58,395 bases of DNA from an uncultured bacterium (lineage in GTDB: Bacteria > Acidobacteriota > Thermoanaerobaculia > Thermoanaerobaculales > Sulfomarinibacteraceae): contig CBESWV010000001.1 in assembly GCA_965533305.1 (NCBI GenBank), positions 1 through 58,395 on the forward strand. The letters are read 5' to 3'. The notes beneath the pieces are model-generated. The model worked only from the letters and a program-made list of their open reading frames with translations. It did not search any database and was not told where the DNA came from. Every line of letters starts with the position of its first letter. The stretch's first letter is position 1. Shown here one piece after another: positions 9,897 to 18,271 of the stretch. The position numbers were made by a program, and so were the translations under genes.

Positions 9897-10900
9897 TGCG
9901 TTCCCTGGTGACCGGTGGTGGAGGATTCCTCGGCGGCGCCATCGTTCGTCGCCTCCTCAGCGGCGGGGACAGCGTTCGAACCGTTCAGCGCGGGGACTAC
10001 CCTGAACTCGGCGCCCTGGGCGTCGAGTGCATCCGGGGCGATATTGCCGACCCGGAGATCGTCGATCTCGCCGTCGCCGGGTGTGATCGGGTTTTTCACG
10101 TTGCCGCCAAGGTCGAGATGTGGGGGCCACGAGAACCCTTTCGGCTCGCCAACGTGGTGGGAACCGAGAATCTTCTGCAATCCATGCGCCGTCATGAAGT
10201 TCGCAAGCTCGTCTTCACGAGTTCTCCAAGCGTGGTCCACGGCGGCGAAAATATCGAAGGCGCCACGGAGACGCTGCCGTACCCGGATCAATTCGAGGCG
10301 GCCTACCCTGAGACCAAGGCCGAAGCAGAGCGTCTGGTCCTTGCCGCAAACTCGGCTGAATTCTCGACGGTCGCCCTGAGGCCGCACCTTATTTGGGGAC
10401 CTGAAGACACCAATCTGGTGCCGACCATTGTCGACCGCGCCCGGACCGGGCAGCTTCGACTGGTAGGGGATGGATCGAACCTCATCGATACCGTCTACAT
10501 CGACAACGCCGTGGATGCGCACGTCCTCGCCGCCGAACGTCTGGGGCCGGACTCGGCCTGCTCGGGGCGGGCCTATTTCATCACCAATGACGACCCGAGA
10601 CCGATTCGAGAGATCATCAACGGCTTCGTGACAGCTGCCGGACTCCCTCCTGTCGAGAAAACCATCTCGGTAGGAATGGCCGTCGCCGCCGGGAGGATCT
10701 TTGAGGCGATTCACCGTATTTTTCCATCACCGTCCGGACCCCGGATGACCCCGTTTCTCGCCCGCCACCTCTCGACGGCGCACTGGTACGACATCTCGGC
10801 CGCCAAGAGGGATCTCGGGTATGAGGCCACGGTGGGGATCGATGAGGGTATGGTGCGGTTGAGGCAGTGGTTTCAATCATCCGCAGGGGGGTCCGCATGA
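9896..10900 (+). CDS. oleD: OleD-type NAD(P)H-dependent reductase (3-beta-HSD/epimerase family)
   Basis: Rossmann motif VTGGGGFLGGAI and a 3-beta-hydroxysteroid dehydrogenase-like body. ATG 9896 overlaps the oleC stop by 1 nt (TGATG). Confidence 0.8.
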   Translation: MRSLVTGGGGFLGGAIVRRLLSGGDSVRTVQRGDYPELGALGVECIRGDIADPEIVDLAVAGCDRVFHVAAKVEMWGPREPFRLANVVGTENLLQSMRRHEVRKLVFTSSPSVVHGGENIEGATETLPYPDQFEAAYPETKAEAERLVLAANSAEFSTVALRPHLIWGPEDTNLVPTIVDRARTGQLRLVGDGSNLIDTVYIDNAVDAHVLAAERLGPDSACSGRAYFITNDDPRPIREIINGFVTAAGLPPVEKTISVGMAVAAGRIFEAIHRIFPSPSGPRMTPFLARHLSTAHWYDISAAKRDLGYEATVGIDEGMVRLRQWFQSSAGGSA

Positions 10901-11334
10901 TGTCATCGATCATTCTCGTCGTGGCGGCTTCGATTCTCTCGAGCGTGGTCACGGTTCTGCTGCTTTGGTCGGTTGCAAGAAGGGCCATCGACCGGAAGCT
11001 CGCCACTGCCGGCGAAGAACTCGCGGGCAGGATTCGCACTGCGGTGGAGGAGGGCGCCGAAGAGGTCGTTCCGAAAATCCGCAGCGCGGTGCGGTCGGGG
11101 CTGGACGCGTCCGTCGAGACGGCTCTTCCCACCGTCCGCGATGAGGTGGCCTCGGGTGTGAGAAGTGGCGCTGAGAGTGTGTTGCCCAGGGTTCGTGAAG
11201 AGGTCCGACAGGGTGTGGAAGAGGCGATTGCCAACGCCGTCACCGGCGGCGTGGTGGGCAAAGCCGGCGAAGAACTCGCCCGCAAAGGATCAACGGTACT
11301 CAACCGAATTCTCCGGGGCATGGACGACGGCTGA
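10897..11334 (+). CDS. Membrane-anchored repeat protein, translationally coupled to oleD
   Basis: ATG 10897 overlaps the oleD stop (ATGA). One N-terminal TM helix (SSIILVVAASILSSVVTVLLLW). It is followed by three ~19-20 aa repeats: VVPKIRSAVRSGLDASVETA / LPTVRDEVASGVRSGAESV / LPRVREEVRQGVEEAIANAV. Confidence 0.6.
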   Translation: MMSSIILVVAASILSSVVTVLLLWSVARRAIDRKLATAGEELAGRIRTAVEEGAEEVVPKIRSAVRSGLDASVETALPTVRDEVASGVRSGAESVLPRVREEVRQGVEEAIANAVTGGVVGKAGEELARKGSTVLNRILRGMDDG

Positions 11335-11504
11335 AAAGGATCGTGACCTCGATCATTGCGCAAGTGTTGCACCGACAAATTTCCGTCCCCAGGTGGAATT
11401 TTTAGTGCTATTCTTCTGCGGATGAGCGAACTCGTGCTTTTTTTCACACAGCGCCTCGAAGTTGAATCGGGGCACTGACATCTCGTTCGCGAAAGGAGTC
11501 AACT

Positions 11505-12515
11505 ATGCTCAACAAAATCGGTCTCATCGGTGGCGGTTACATCGGCGGTGTTCTGCTTCAGGAAATCGTCAAGCGCCGCCTCGCCCGAGAAGTCGGGATG
11601 TCTGATCCGGCCCCCTTCGTCAACCCCAACGATCCGCCTGAGCAGCAGGCAACGCAGGCCAAGCAGTCGGTGGCCAAGGGCAAGGCCCTGGATATTGCTG
11701 AGGGCACTCCGACCATCGGGTCCGATGTCCGCTGCTATGGATCCAAAGACTATTCGGCCCTCGATGGCGCCGAACTCATCATCAACACCGCGGGGGTGCC
11801 CCGCAAGGCCCGTCCCGACGGTACCTTCCCGACCCGTGAAGAGTTGCTGACCGTCAACCTCAAAGTCACCAATGAGGTCGCGAAGGGAATCAAGCAGTAT
11901 TGCCCCGACGCGACGATTCTCTCTATCGCAAACCCCCTCGACGCCATCGTCTACACCCTGAACAAACGCCTGAATCCGCCCAAGAACAAACTCTTCGGTA
12001 TGGCCGGGCAGCTCGACTCGGGGCGTTACTGCTATTTCGTCGCCGATGCCGCAAATGTGTCGGTCGAGAACGTCACCGCAATGGTCCTCGGCGGCCACGG
12101 CGACACCATGGTTCCAGTCCGGAGTTCGTGCCAGGTCGGTGGGATCCCGGTTGAGAAGTTCCTCGACGAAGAGACCCTCGCCGCCATCGAGGCCCGCACC
12201 CGGAAAGCCGGTGGCGAAGTAGTCGGTCTGCTCGGCTTTGGTTCGGCGTTTGCGTCGCCGGCCTGGGCCGCGCTTGAAATGGCCGAGGCAGTGATCTTCG
12301 ACAAACGCAAGATCATCCCGGTCTGTGCCTACCTCGAGGGTGAGTACGGCGTCAACGGTCTTTATGTTGGTGTTCCGGCCATCGTCGGAAAGAACGGCGT
12401 GGAAGAGGTCCTCGAGATGGATCTCACCGATGCCGAGAAGGCCGCCTTCGATCACTCCGTCGGCGCCGTCCGCAAGACCTGCGACGAGGTCGATGGAATG
12501 CTCGCCAGCCTCTAG
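11505..12515 (+). CDS. mdh: Malate dehydrogenase (LDH-like family)
   Basis: AAAGGAG RBS before ATG 11505. Motifs: GLIGGGYIGG dinucleotide fold, NTAGVPRK, IANPLD, LGGHGDTMVP, YLEGEYG. Confidence 0.9.
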   Translation: MLNKIGLIGGGYIGGVLLQEIVKRRLAREVGMSDPAPFVNPNDPPEQQATQAKQSVAKGKALDIAEGTPTIGSDVRCYGSKDYSALDGAELIINTAGVPRKARPDGTFPTREELLTVNLKVTNEVAKGIKQYCPDATILSIANPLDAIVYTLNKRLNPPKNKLFGMAGQLDSGRYCYFVADAANVSVENVTAMVLGGHGDTMVPVRSSCQVGGIPVEKFLDEETLAAIEARTRKAGGEVVGLLGFGSAFASPAWAALEMAEAVIFDKRKIIPVCAYLEGEYGVNGLYVGVPAIVGKNGVEEVLEMDLTDAEKAAFDHSVGAVRKTCDEVDGMLASL

Positions 12516-12536
12516 ATTCAGCCAATCGATCGATTC

Positions 12537-12568
12537 AAGCCCCCCCTTCGCGGGGGGCTTTATTTGTT
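12537..12568 (+). terminator. Rho-independent terminator after mdh
   Basis: GC stem aagccccccc / ggggggctt with a ttcg-type loop, followed by tatttgttg, about 20 nt after the mdh stop. Confidence 0.65.
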
Positions 12569-12620
12569 GTCGGACGAAGTTCTGCCGTCCAGTCGGAACC
12601 CGCGATAGGATGATGAGGTC

Positions 12621-14189
12621 ATGTTCAGACCGGTCACATTGTTGTGCGCGCTGGCTCTGGCCTCGTCGGTGGGGGCTGGTGAGGGGCCAGACTATTCTGA
12701 GCTTCCAGGATGGATCCAGGCGCAGATGGCTCTGAAAACGGTTCCGCCCTCCGTCGCCGATACCGCTGCGATGAAGAGTGATTCTCAGTCCTGGGCGGAA
12801 CTCATCGACGAGACCTGGGGTGAGGGACTGAGCACTGGCGAGAAGCTCTTTTTCTTCGACACTTTCTGGCACGCCGTCAATGATGAATTCGCATGCTTTC
12901 AAGGCCTCGATGTGGACTGGTCGGCGCTCAGGGATCACTACCGACCCGAGGTCGTGTCCGGGGTCAGCAAGGGTCGATTCGCCGCGATCATGAGCCGGCT
13001 CTCGCTCGCACTCATGGATGCTCACACCGTCGCGCTCGACAGGGTCGTTTTCTGGCGAACCGCCTCGGTCCCCGGTGTTCCGCTCCTCGTGGTTGGGGGG
13101 TGGGGTTATCTCCGCGAGTTCGGTGCATGTCTGACACCACTGTCCGATCGATCACTGCTGGTCTACAAGGCGCTGGATGACCATCCCCTCGGCCTCGCGC
13201 CCGGCGACATTATCACCGGGTATGAGAGCCGGGCTTGGGCCGAACTCTATCCGGAGATGCTCGAGCATGGCCTCCCGGTCTCCGGTTTTTGGGGCAGCAG
13301 CGATGAGACCTACGAGCACGCTTGGTTGATGGCCGCTGGGGCCAACTGGCACCTCTTTGACACGATCGATATCAAACGACACGGCTCTGGTGAGATCGAC
13401 CACCTCTCCACCACGCTGATGGCCGGATACAACGAGCAATTGTGGTGTACCGAGCAGTTTCCGATTGCGGGTGTGGCCATGCCCGACTTCAATCATGAAC
13501 AGCTCTTTTCCTGGGGTGTCATCGAGGGAACGAAGATCGGTTACATCTATGGTTGGGGTTGGGCCTGGGATGCCGAACGGGAGTTTCAGGAGGCGGTTGA
13601 AGCGTTGATGACCGAGCACGAAACCGACGGTCTGATCATCGATTTCCGCTTCAACATGGGCGGAAACATGCACCTCAGCAATCCCGGTCTTGCCCTCCTT
13701 TTCGACCGGGTTGTTCCCACCATCGACTGGGTCACCCGGTGTCATCCTGATCTCCACCTGGCGCTGTGCGACGAGGATATCTGGCCGTCGTATGTCATTC
13801 CAGGGGATCCCGAAACGGGGTATGACAAACCCATCGCGGTCCTCGTGGGCCCGGGTTCAGTGAGTTCCGGGGATCAGGTCGCCCTGCGGATGAAATTTCA
13901 CCCGAAGGCGCGGTTCTTCGGAAAGTCGACCAATACCGCCTTCAACGCCGCGGCCTTGCTGTATTCGGATGACGAGTGGCGGGCCACGTATGCGGTCGCT
14001 GACGCCTATCTGTTGACCAACCCGGGGGAGTACCTCACCCACGACCCTCTCGAGGTGGACCATGCCGTTTGGCTGACGCCGGACGATGTTGCGGAGGGTC
14101 GGGACACCGTCGTCGATGCGGCGGTGGAGTGGATTCGGGGTTTCCGATTCGCCCCCAGGAGTGTAACGGGACGAGCCTCGCCACCGTGA
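12621..14189 (+). CDS. Secreted S41-family (tail-specific-type) peptidase-like protein
   Basis: Signal peptide (LLCALALASSVGA). S41-like motifs LIIDFRFNMGGN and AVLVGPGSVSSGDQVA. Confidence 0.65.
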   Translation: MFRPVTLLCALALASSVGAGEGPDYSELPGWIQAQMALKTVPPSVADTAAMKSDSQSWAELIDETWGEGLSTGEKLFFFDTFWHAVNDEFACFQGLDVDWSALRDHYRPEVVSGVSKGRFAAIMSRLSLALMDAHTVALDRVVFWRTASVPGVPLLVVGGWGYLREFGACLTPLSDRSLLVYKALDDHPLGLAPGDIITGYESRAWAELYPEMLEHGLPVSGFWGSSDETYEHAWLMAAGANWHLFDTIDIKRHGSGEIDHLSTTLMAGYNEQLWCTEQFPIAGVAMPDFNHEQLFSWGVIEGTKIGYIYGWGWAWDAEREFQEAVEALMTEHETDGLIIDFRFNMGGNMHLSNPGLALLFDRVVPTIDWVTRCHPDLHLALCDEDIWPSYVIPGDPETGYDKPIAVLVGPGSVSSGDQVALRMKFHPKARFFGKSTNTAFNAAALLYSDDEWRATYAVADAYLLTNPGEYLTHDPLEVDHAVWLTPDDVAEGRDTVVDAAVEWIRGFRFAPRSVTGRASPP

Positions 14190-14206
14190 GGATTGTCAGC
14201 GTTCGG

Positions 14207-14626
14207 CTAGCCGACCGCGACCGGGTGCAGGTGCTTCTCGATGGTCTCGATGAGCTTGCCGAAGTCCGGCGGTTTGGTGTGGAAGCCCTCCACATCGACC
14301 CAGCTTTTTTCGAGCCGAGAACGGACCTCGAAGACCCGATTGACCCCGGTCAGCATGACGATGGGAATGTCGGATGTCTCGGGGTTCTTTTTGAGGGTGG
14401 CCGCGAGATCATAGCCCTCGGAAGGGTAGGTGAGCATGACATCGAGAAGGATGAGGTCGGGGCGCTTTGCCATGAGACTGGCCATGGCCTCTTCGCCATC
14501 GGCCGCTCTACGGACCTCATAGCGGGTTGCCAAAACCGCGGTCATGGCATCGACAAAAACCGGATCGTCATCGACCAGAAGTATCGTGTGTTGTGCCACG
14601 AGGTCATTATAACCAGGCCAATTCAA
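14207..14626 (-). CDS. Stand-alone response-regulator receiver domain
   Basis: REC motifs ILLVDDD, DLILLDVML and PIVMLTG, with no output domain. The track start at 14626 is TTG. An in-frame GTG at 14599 (giving MAQHTILLVDDD) looks more natural. Confidence 0.85.
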   Translation of the reverse strand: MNWPGYNDLVAQHTILLVDDDPVFVDAMTAVLATRYEVRRAADGEEAMASLMAKRPDLILLDVMLTYPSEGYDLAATLKKNPETSDIPIVMLTGVNRVFEVRSRLEKSWVDVEGFHTKPPDFGKLIETIEKHLHPVAVG

Positions 14627-14634
14627 ATTATGAA
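14606..14634 (-). promoter_or_regulatory. Candidate sigma70-type promoter for the receiver gene
   Basis: On the minus strand: TTCATA (14634-14629), a 17-nt spacer, TATAAT (14611-14606), then 6 nt to GTG 14599. This would give a leaderless or near-leaderless mRNA. The -35 lies inside the heptad repeat array. Confidence 0.3.
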
Positions 14635-14850
14635 TTATGAATTATGAATTTTGAATGACAGCAGCTCCGCCTGGCGCTCCTGAGCAGCCACGGTCTGGTT
14701 TCGACGTGTTTTTGCGTGTTTGCTCTGATCGATGTTCGGAAGCATCGACGAGCCCGCTTTTCTCACACAGAAACCCAGCGGCGTCGCGGCACCCCATCGA
14801 AGTCTTGCGATGCAATTCATAACTCATAATTCATAATTCAGAATTGAGTA
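14621..14850. repeat. Inverted arrays of five AT-rich heptads flanking a 160-nt core, copy B
   Basis: 14621-14655 reads attcaaa ttatgaa ttatgaa ttatgaa ttttgaa. 14816-14850 reads ttcataa ctcataa ttcataa ttcagaa ttgagta, the reverse-complement orientation. It is strikingly AT-rich against GC-rich surroundings. Confidence 0.85.
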
Positions 14851-17800
14851 CTACCAGGCTCCGTATCGCGGATCCTCCTCTATCCCATCGAGCCGCACCC
14901 GGACCGCGGTCTCGAGTTGGGTGTCGGTGATTTGGGACGAATCCTCTGCCGGAGGCTGCCAGACGACCACATCGGGCTGCGCTCCCTGCTTTTCCATGTT
15001 GATCCCGGATCCGGCGACATACCAGCCTCGGCCTGGAAGACGCACGAGGCCACCGTTGATCAGACCCATACCGCCGGTGGAGATGACGGCGCCGAAAGTG
15101 GGGGAGCCGACCAACGGGCCCCGGCCGAGGGTCTGGAAGGCCCACGAAAAGATCTCGGCGTTGGAATAGGAGTCCTCGTTGCACAGGGCGACGGCGGGTC
15201 TGGTGAAGGCCCCGACCGGGAGTCGCTCCGAGGTCGGGTAGGACCTCACCGAGGGATCGCCATCGCGTGGGATGGTGAAGGCATGCCTCTGGACGGTGAG
15301 CACGGCCATGAGGTAGTCGGTGGTCCAGCCGCCGCCGTTGGACCGGACGTCGATGATCAGCCCCTCCTTGCCATCGGCGGCGGCAAAGAGATCGCGCTCG
15401 AAGACCTCAAAGGACGGTGCGCTCATGCCCTGGATGTGGAGATAGCCCAGACGGCTGTCTGAGACTTCGTCGACAATCAGCCGGCGTTGCCGAACCCACT
15501 CCTCATACCGGAGTTGGCGGTGTGATCCGTAGTCGATTGGACGAAGGATGACCGAACGTGTTGATCCATCCGATGCCACGACCGTGGTCGGTACCCGTTC
15601 ACCGATGGTGTCGACAAAGAAGTCGTAGATGTTGGTATCCGACTCAATCTCATGACCGTTGACGGTGAGAAGGCGTTCTCCGGCTTTGATCCCGACCTCG
15701 GCGTTGGCGGCGGGAGAGTCGGGCAGAATCTCGCTCACCAGAAGGCCGGGGCCTTCAGCGGTGGGATCGAAGACGGCGCCGATCCAGCCGGTTTGGTCGC
15801 CCTCGGCGGAGGTGCCGCGGCCGGTGGGGTAGTAACCCATGTGTGAGGCGTTGAGTTCGCCAAGCATGAGATTGACGACATCTGAGAAATCAGCCTCACA
15901 GGACGCCTCGACGGCCCAGGGACGATAAAGATCGTGGATGCCGGCCCAATTTGCGCCGTGAAACCCGGGGTCGTAGAAATTGTCGTTGAGTGCGGCCCAC
16001 GCCTCGTCGAAGATCACCCCCCGCTCCACCCGCCGGTCAACTTCGTAACGAGCCTTGAACGGGACCGGATCCCCGTCGGAGCCGTCCATGCCGATCCGGT
16101 TGATCGTGCCGTCACCGTCTATAAAAAAGAGCGTCTCCTCGTCGATGAGTTGGACATTGTCGGGATTGGTGTCTCCCTCAGTGAGGCGTTCGAGTTCCTC
16201 ACCGTCGAATCGGATGCTGAAGAGATCTGTTTCGTCCTCGGCCTCGCCGACGAGGAAGATTTTTTTGCCGTCGGGACCCACAACCACCGGATATTCATTA
16301 CCGTTGAGGGTCGTCAGTTTGACCGAGCGTCGCCAAAGTCGATCAAACTCGATCACCGTTTCGGGCAGATCGGGAGGATCAGACTCATCTTCTTCGTCGC
16401 TTTCATCGGTTGAATCATCGCCATCGTCCTCGGGTTCATCATCACTCCGCCACACCTTGAGCCACTCGGCGGCCGTTCGTTGGTGATCCGCCTCGGTGAG
16501 CCAGACCGCCCAGACATCAAAGTTATTGTCATGACGATGTGATCCCCACACCAGGCGTTTCCCGTCCGGCGACCAAACCGGGTTCTCGTCGAAATCAGGG
16601 TGGCGGCTGACGTTGTAGGGCTCCCCACCGGATGCAGGCACGATGAAGATTTCGGAGTTCGCGTGCTGATCCTCCGATGCGTAGGCGATCCACCGGCCGT
16701 CGGGCGACCAGTTGAAGGTCGGTGGGTAGAAATGGTCGTTGAGCACTATTTCGTTCCCGCCTTCGGCATCCGCAACAACGAGTTGTCCCTTGCCGCGGAC
16801 AAATGCGATGAGCTTTCCATCGGGAGAGAACTGCGGATCCTGCTCGTTCTCCGGCCCGGTGGCGATGGGATTGGTGGTGAAATCGAAGCTGTCGGTCCAC
16901 GCCGCATCCTCGTCGGCACGAGTGACGGAGAAGAGATCGAAATTGCCGTTGCGGGCGGAGGTGAAGACGAGGGCCTCACCATCGGGGGCCCAACGTGGTT
17001 GCTGCTCCCGCTCGGGTGTCGTGGTGAGGCGTACCGTCGGTGGCTTGGCGATTTCCTGGTCCTCTTTGGAAACGATGTCGGTCACAAAAATATCGCCGTG
17101 GATCACAAAGGCTGCGAGCTTGCCGTCGGGACTGATGGTGAGATCCGATGCACCGTCACGTTCGGTGCGCCGCTCGATGGCGTTGACGACCTGATCGGCC
17201 GGTACATTGATGGTCAGCCGAGCCGGAGTCCCATTCGCCGGCGAAACGGTCCAGATACCGTCCTCGAACTCGTAGGCGATGAGCGATCCATCCGCCGAAG
17301 CTTTGGGAAAACGGACCGCCGAACCCTGGTGATCGGTGAGTGCGCTGACCTTGCCGCTCGAAATGTTGAGTTTGAATACGTTCTTCCGACCGTTCCGGCT
17401 CGACAGGAAACTGATGGTGTCGGAATCGAGCCATGACGGGTTGTCGTCATCGCCGTCGAAGTCGGTGAGACGGCGGTAATCGTCATCACCCTCGGTCAAC
17501 CAAAGATCGCGGCTCGCGGATCCGCGGTAACCACGCCGGGTCCATTTGGTGGCGCCCCGGACCATTGCCAGAAAATCTCCATCGGGCGAGTAGACCGCTT
17601 GTTCGGCAAAGGCCTCCTGAAGCATGGCCGGAGTGCCCCCCGTGATGGGGACGGTCCAGAGCTGAGGCATCCAACGGATGCCCATGGCGCGGTTGGATGA
17701 AAAGAGGACGGCCTGACCGTCCGGGGTGAAGCCGTAGGGAACATCGGTCACCGAGGCGTAGGTGAGACGCGTCGGCGGTGCGCTGCCGTCGGCGGGCATG

Positions 17801-18078
17801 AAGAAGATATCCGCGTTGCCGTGCCGGTCCGACGCAAAGGCGATGAGCCGACCATCGGTCGACCACACCGGGTGACGCTCGTTGGCCGGGTGGGCGGTGA
17901 TCCGTCGCGCATCACCACCGGTGGCCGGAACCAACCAGAGGTCACCCTGCCAGGAGAAGGCGATCTGTGAAGCGTCCGGTGACGGCGCCGGGTGGCGCGG
18001 CAGCGGTGCGTCGGCACCCATGACCGTTGCGGCGATGACCAGACTGATGAAAAGGGCAACCGGGGTGTGCAGGCGCAT
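14851..18078 (-). CDS. Tricorn-type protease homologue (beta-propellers + PDZ + S41 peptidase)
   Basis: 1075 aa with a signal peptide and a GGAGGAGG RBS. Repeated TolB-like propeller motifs (P.WSPDG..IAF). PDZ-like region, and a C-terminal S41 core (LIIDVRSNGGG, NEDSYSNAEIF). Confidence 0.85.
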   Translation of the reverse strand: MRLHTPVALFISLVIAATVMGADAPLPRHPAPSPDASQIAFSWQGDLWLVPATGGDARRITAHPANERHPVWSTDGRLIAFASDRHGNADIFFMPADGSAPPTRLTYASVTDVPYGFTPDGQAVLFSSNRAMGIRWMPQLWTVPITGGTPAMLQEAFAEQAVYSPDGDFLAMVRGATKWTRRGYRGSASRDLWLTEGDDDYRRLTDFDGDDDNPSWLDSDTISFLSSRNGRKNVFKLNISSGKVSALTDHQGSAVRFPKASADGSLIAYEFEDGIWTVSPANGTPARLTINVPADQVVNAIERRTERDGASDLTISPDGKLAAFVIHGDIFVTDIVSKEDQEIAKPPTVRLTTTPEREQQPRWAPDGEALVFTSARNGNFDLFSVTRADEDAAWTDSFDFTTNPIATGPENEQDPQFSPDGKLIAFVRGKGQLVVADAEGGNEIVLNDHFYPPTFNWSPDGRWIAYASEDQHANSEIFIVPASGGEPYNVSRHPDFDENPVWSPDGKRLVWGSHRHDNNFDVWAVWLTEADHQRTAAEWLKVWRSDDEPEDDGDDSTDESDEEDESDPPDLPETVIEFDRLWRRSVKLTTLNGNEYPVVVGPDGKKIFLVGEAEDETDLFSIRFDGEELERLTEGDTNPDNVQLIDEETLFFIDGDGTINRIGMDGSDGDPVPFKARYEVDRRVERGVIFDEAWAALNDNFYDPGFHGANWAGIHDLYRPWAVEASCEADFSDVVNLMLGELNASHMGYYPTGRGTSAEGDQTGWIGAVFDPTAEGPGLLVSEILPDSPAANAEVGIKAGERLLTVNGHEIESDTNIYDFFVDTIGERVPTTVVASDGSTRSVILRPIDYGSHRQLRYEEWVRQRRLIVDEVSDSRLGYLHIQGMSAPSFEVFERDLFAAADGKEGLIIDVRSNGGGWTTDYLMAVLTVQRHAFTIPRDGDPSVRSYPTSERLPVGAFTRPAVALCNEDSYSNAEIFSWAFQTLGRGPLVGSPTFGAVISTGGMGLINGGLVRLPGRGWYVAGSGINMEKQGAQPDVVVWQPPAEDSSQITDTQLETAVRVRLDGIEEDPRYGAW

Positions 18079-18271
18079 TCGATTCCTCCTCCGATGTGAG
18101 CGACCATTGGCGGTCGAGATTAACAGAATCCGGAACCGCCCCCATGGGCGCTGGATGACCGTACGAAGATTTTCGTCACGGGTTTGTAGAAATCATGGTC
18201 AGGGATCGGTTTCGGGGGATACTGGAAGGAGAGTCTCGATCTTCGAACAACCCACCCCCGCGGAGGCGACC

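Noticed and set aside
11499-13025. 508-aa minus-strand ORF
   Set aside because: It is antisense to mdh and the S41-like peptidase gene, both of which have clear family motifs. It also crosses the mdh terminator.
14621-14850. Possible CRISPR array (short tandem repeats), also considered for 19700-19760 and 48430-48480
   Set aside because: The repeat units are only 7-12 nt and directly abut, with no unique spacers of uniform length. The blocks occur as inverted pairs, and there are no cas genes.
17882-18271. N-terminal 130-aa extension of the binding-protein ORF
   Set aside because: It overlaps the 5' end of the tricorn gene on the other strand. The RBS, ATG and lipoprotein signal at 18272 define the real start.
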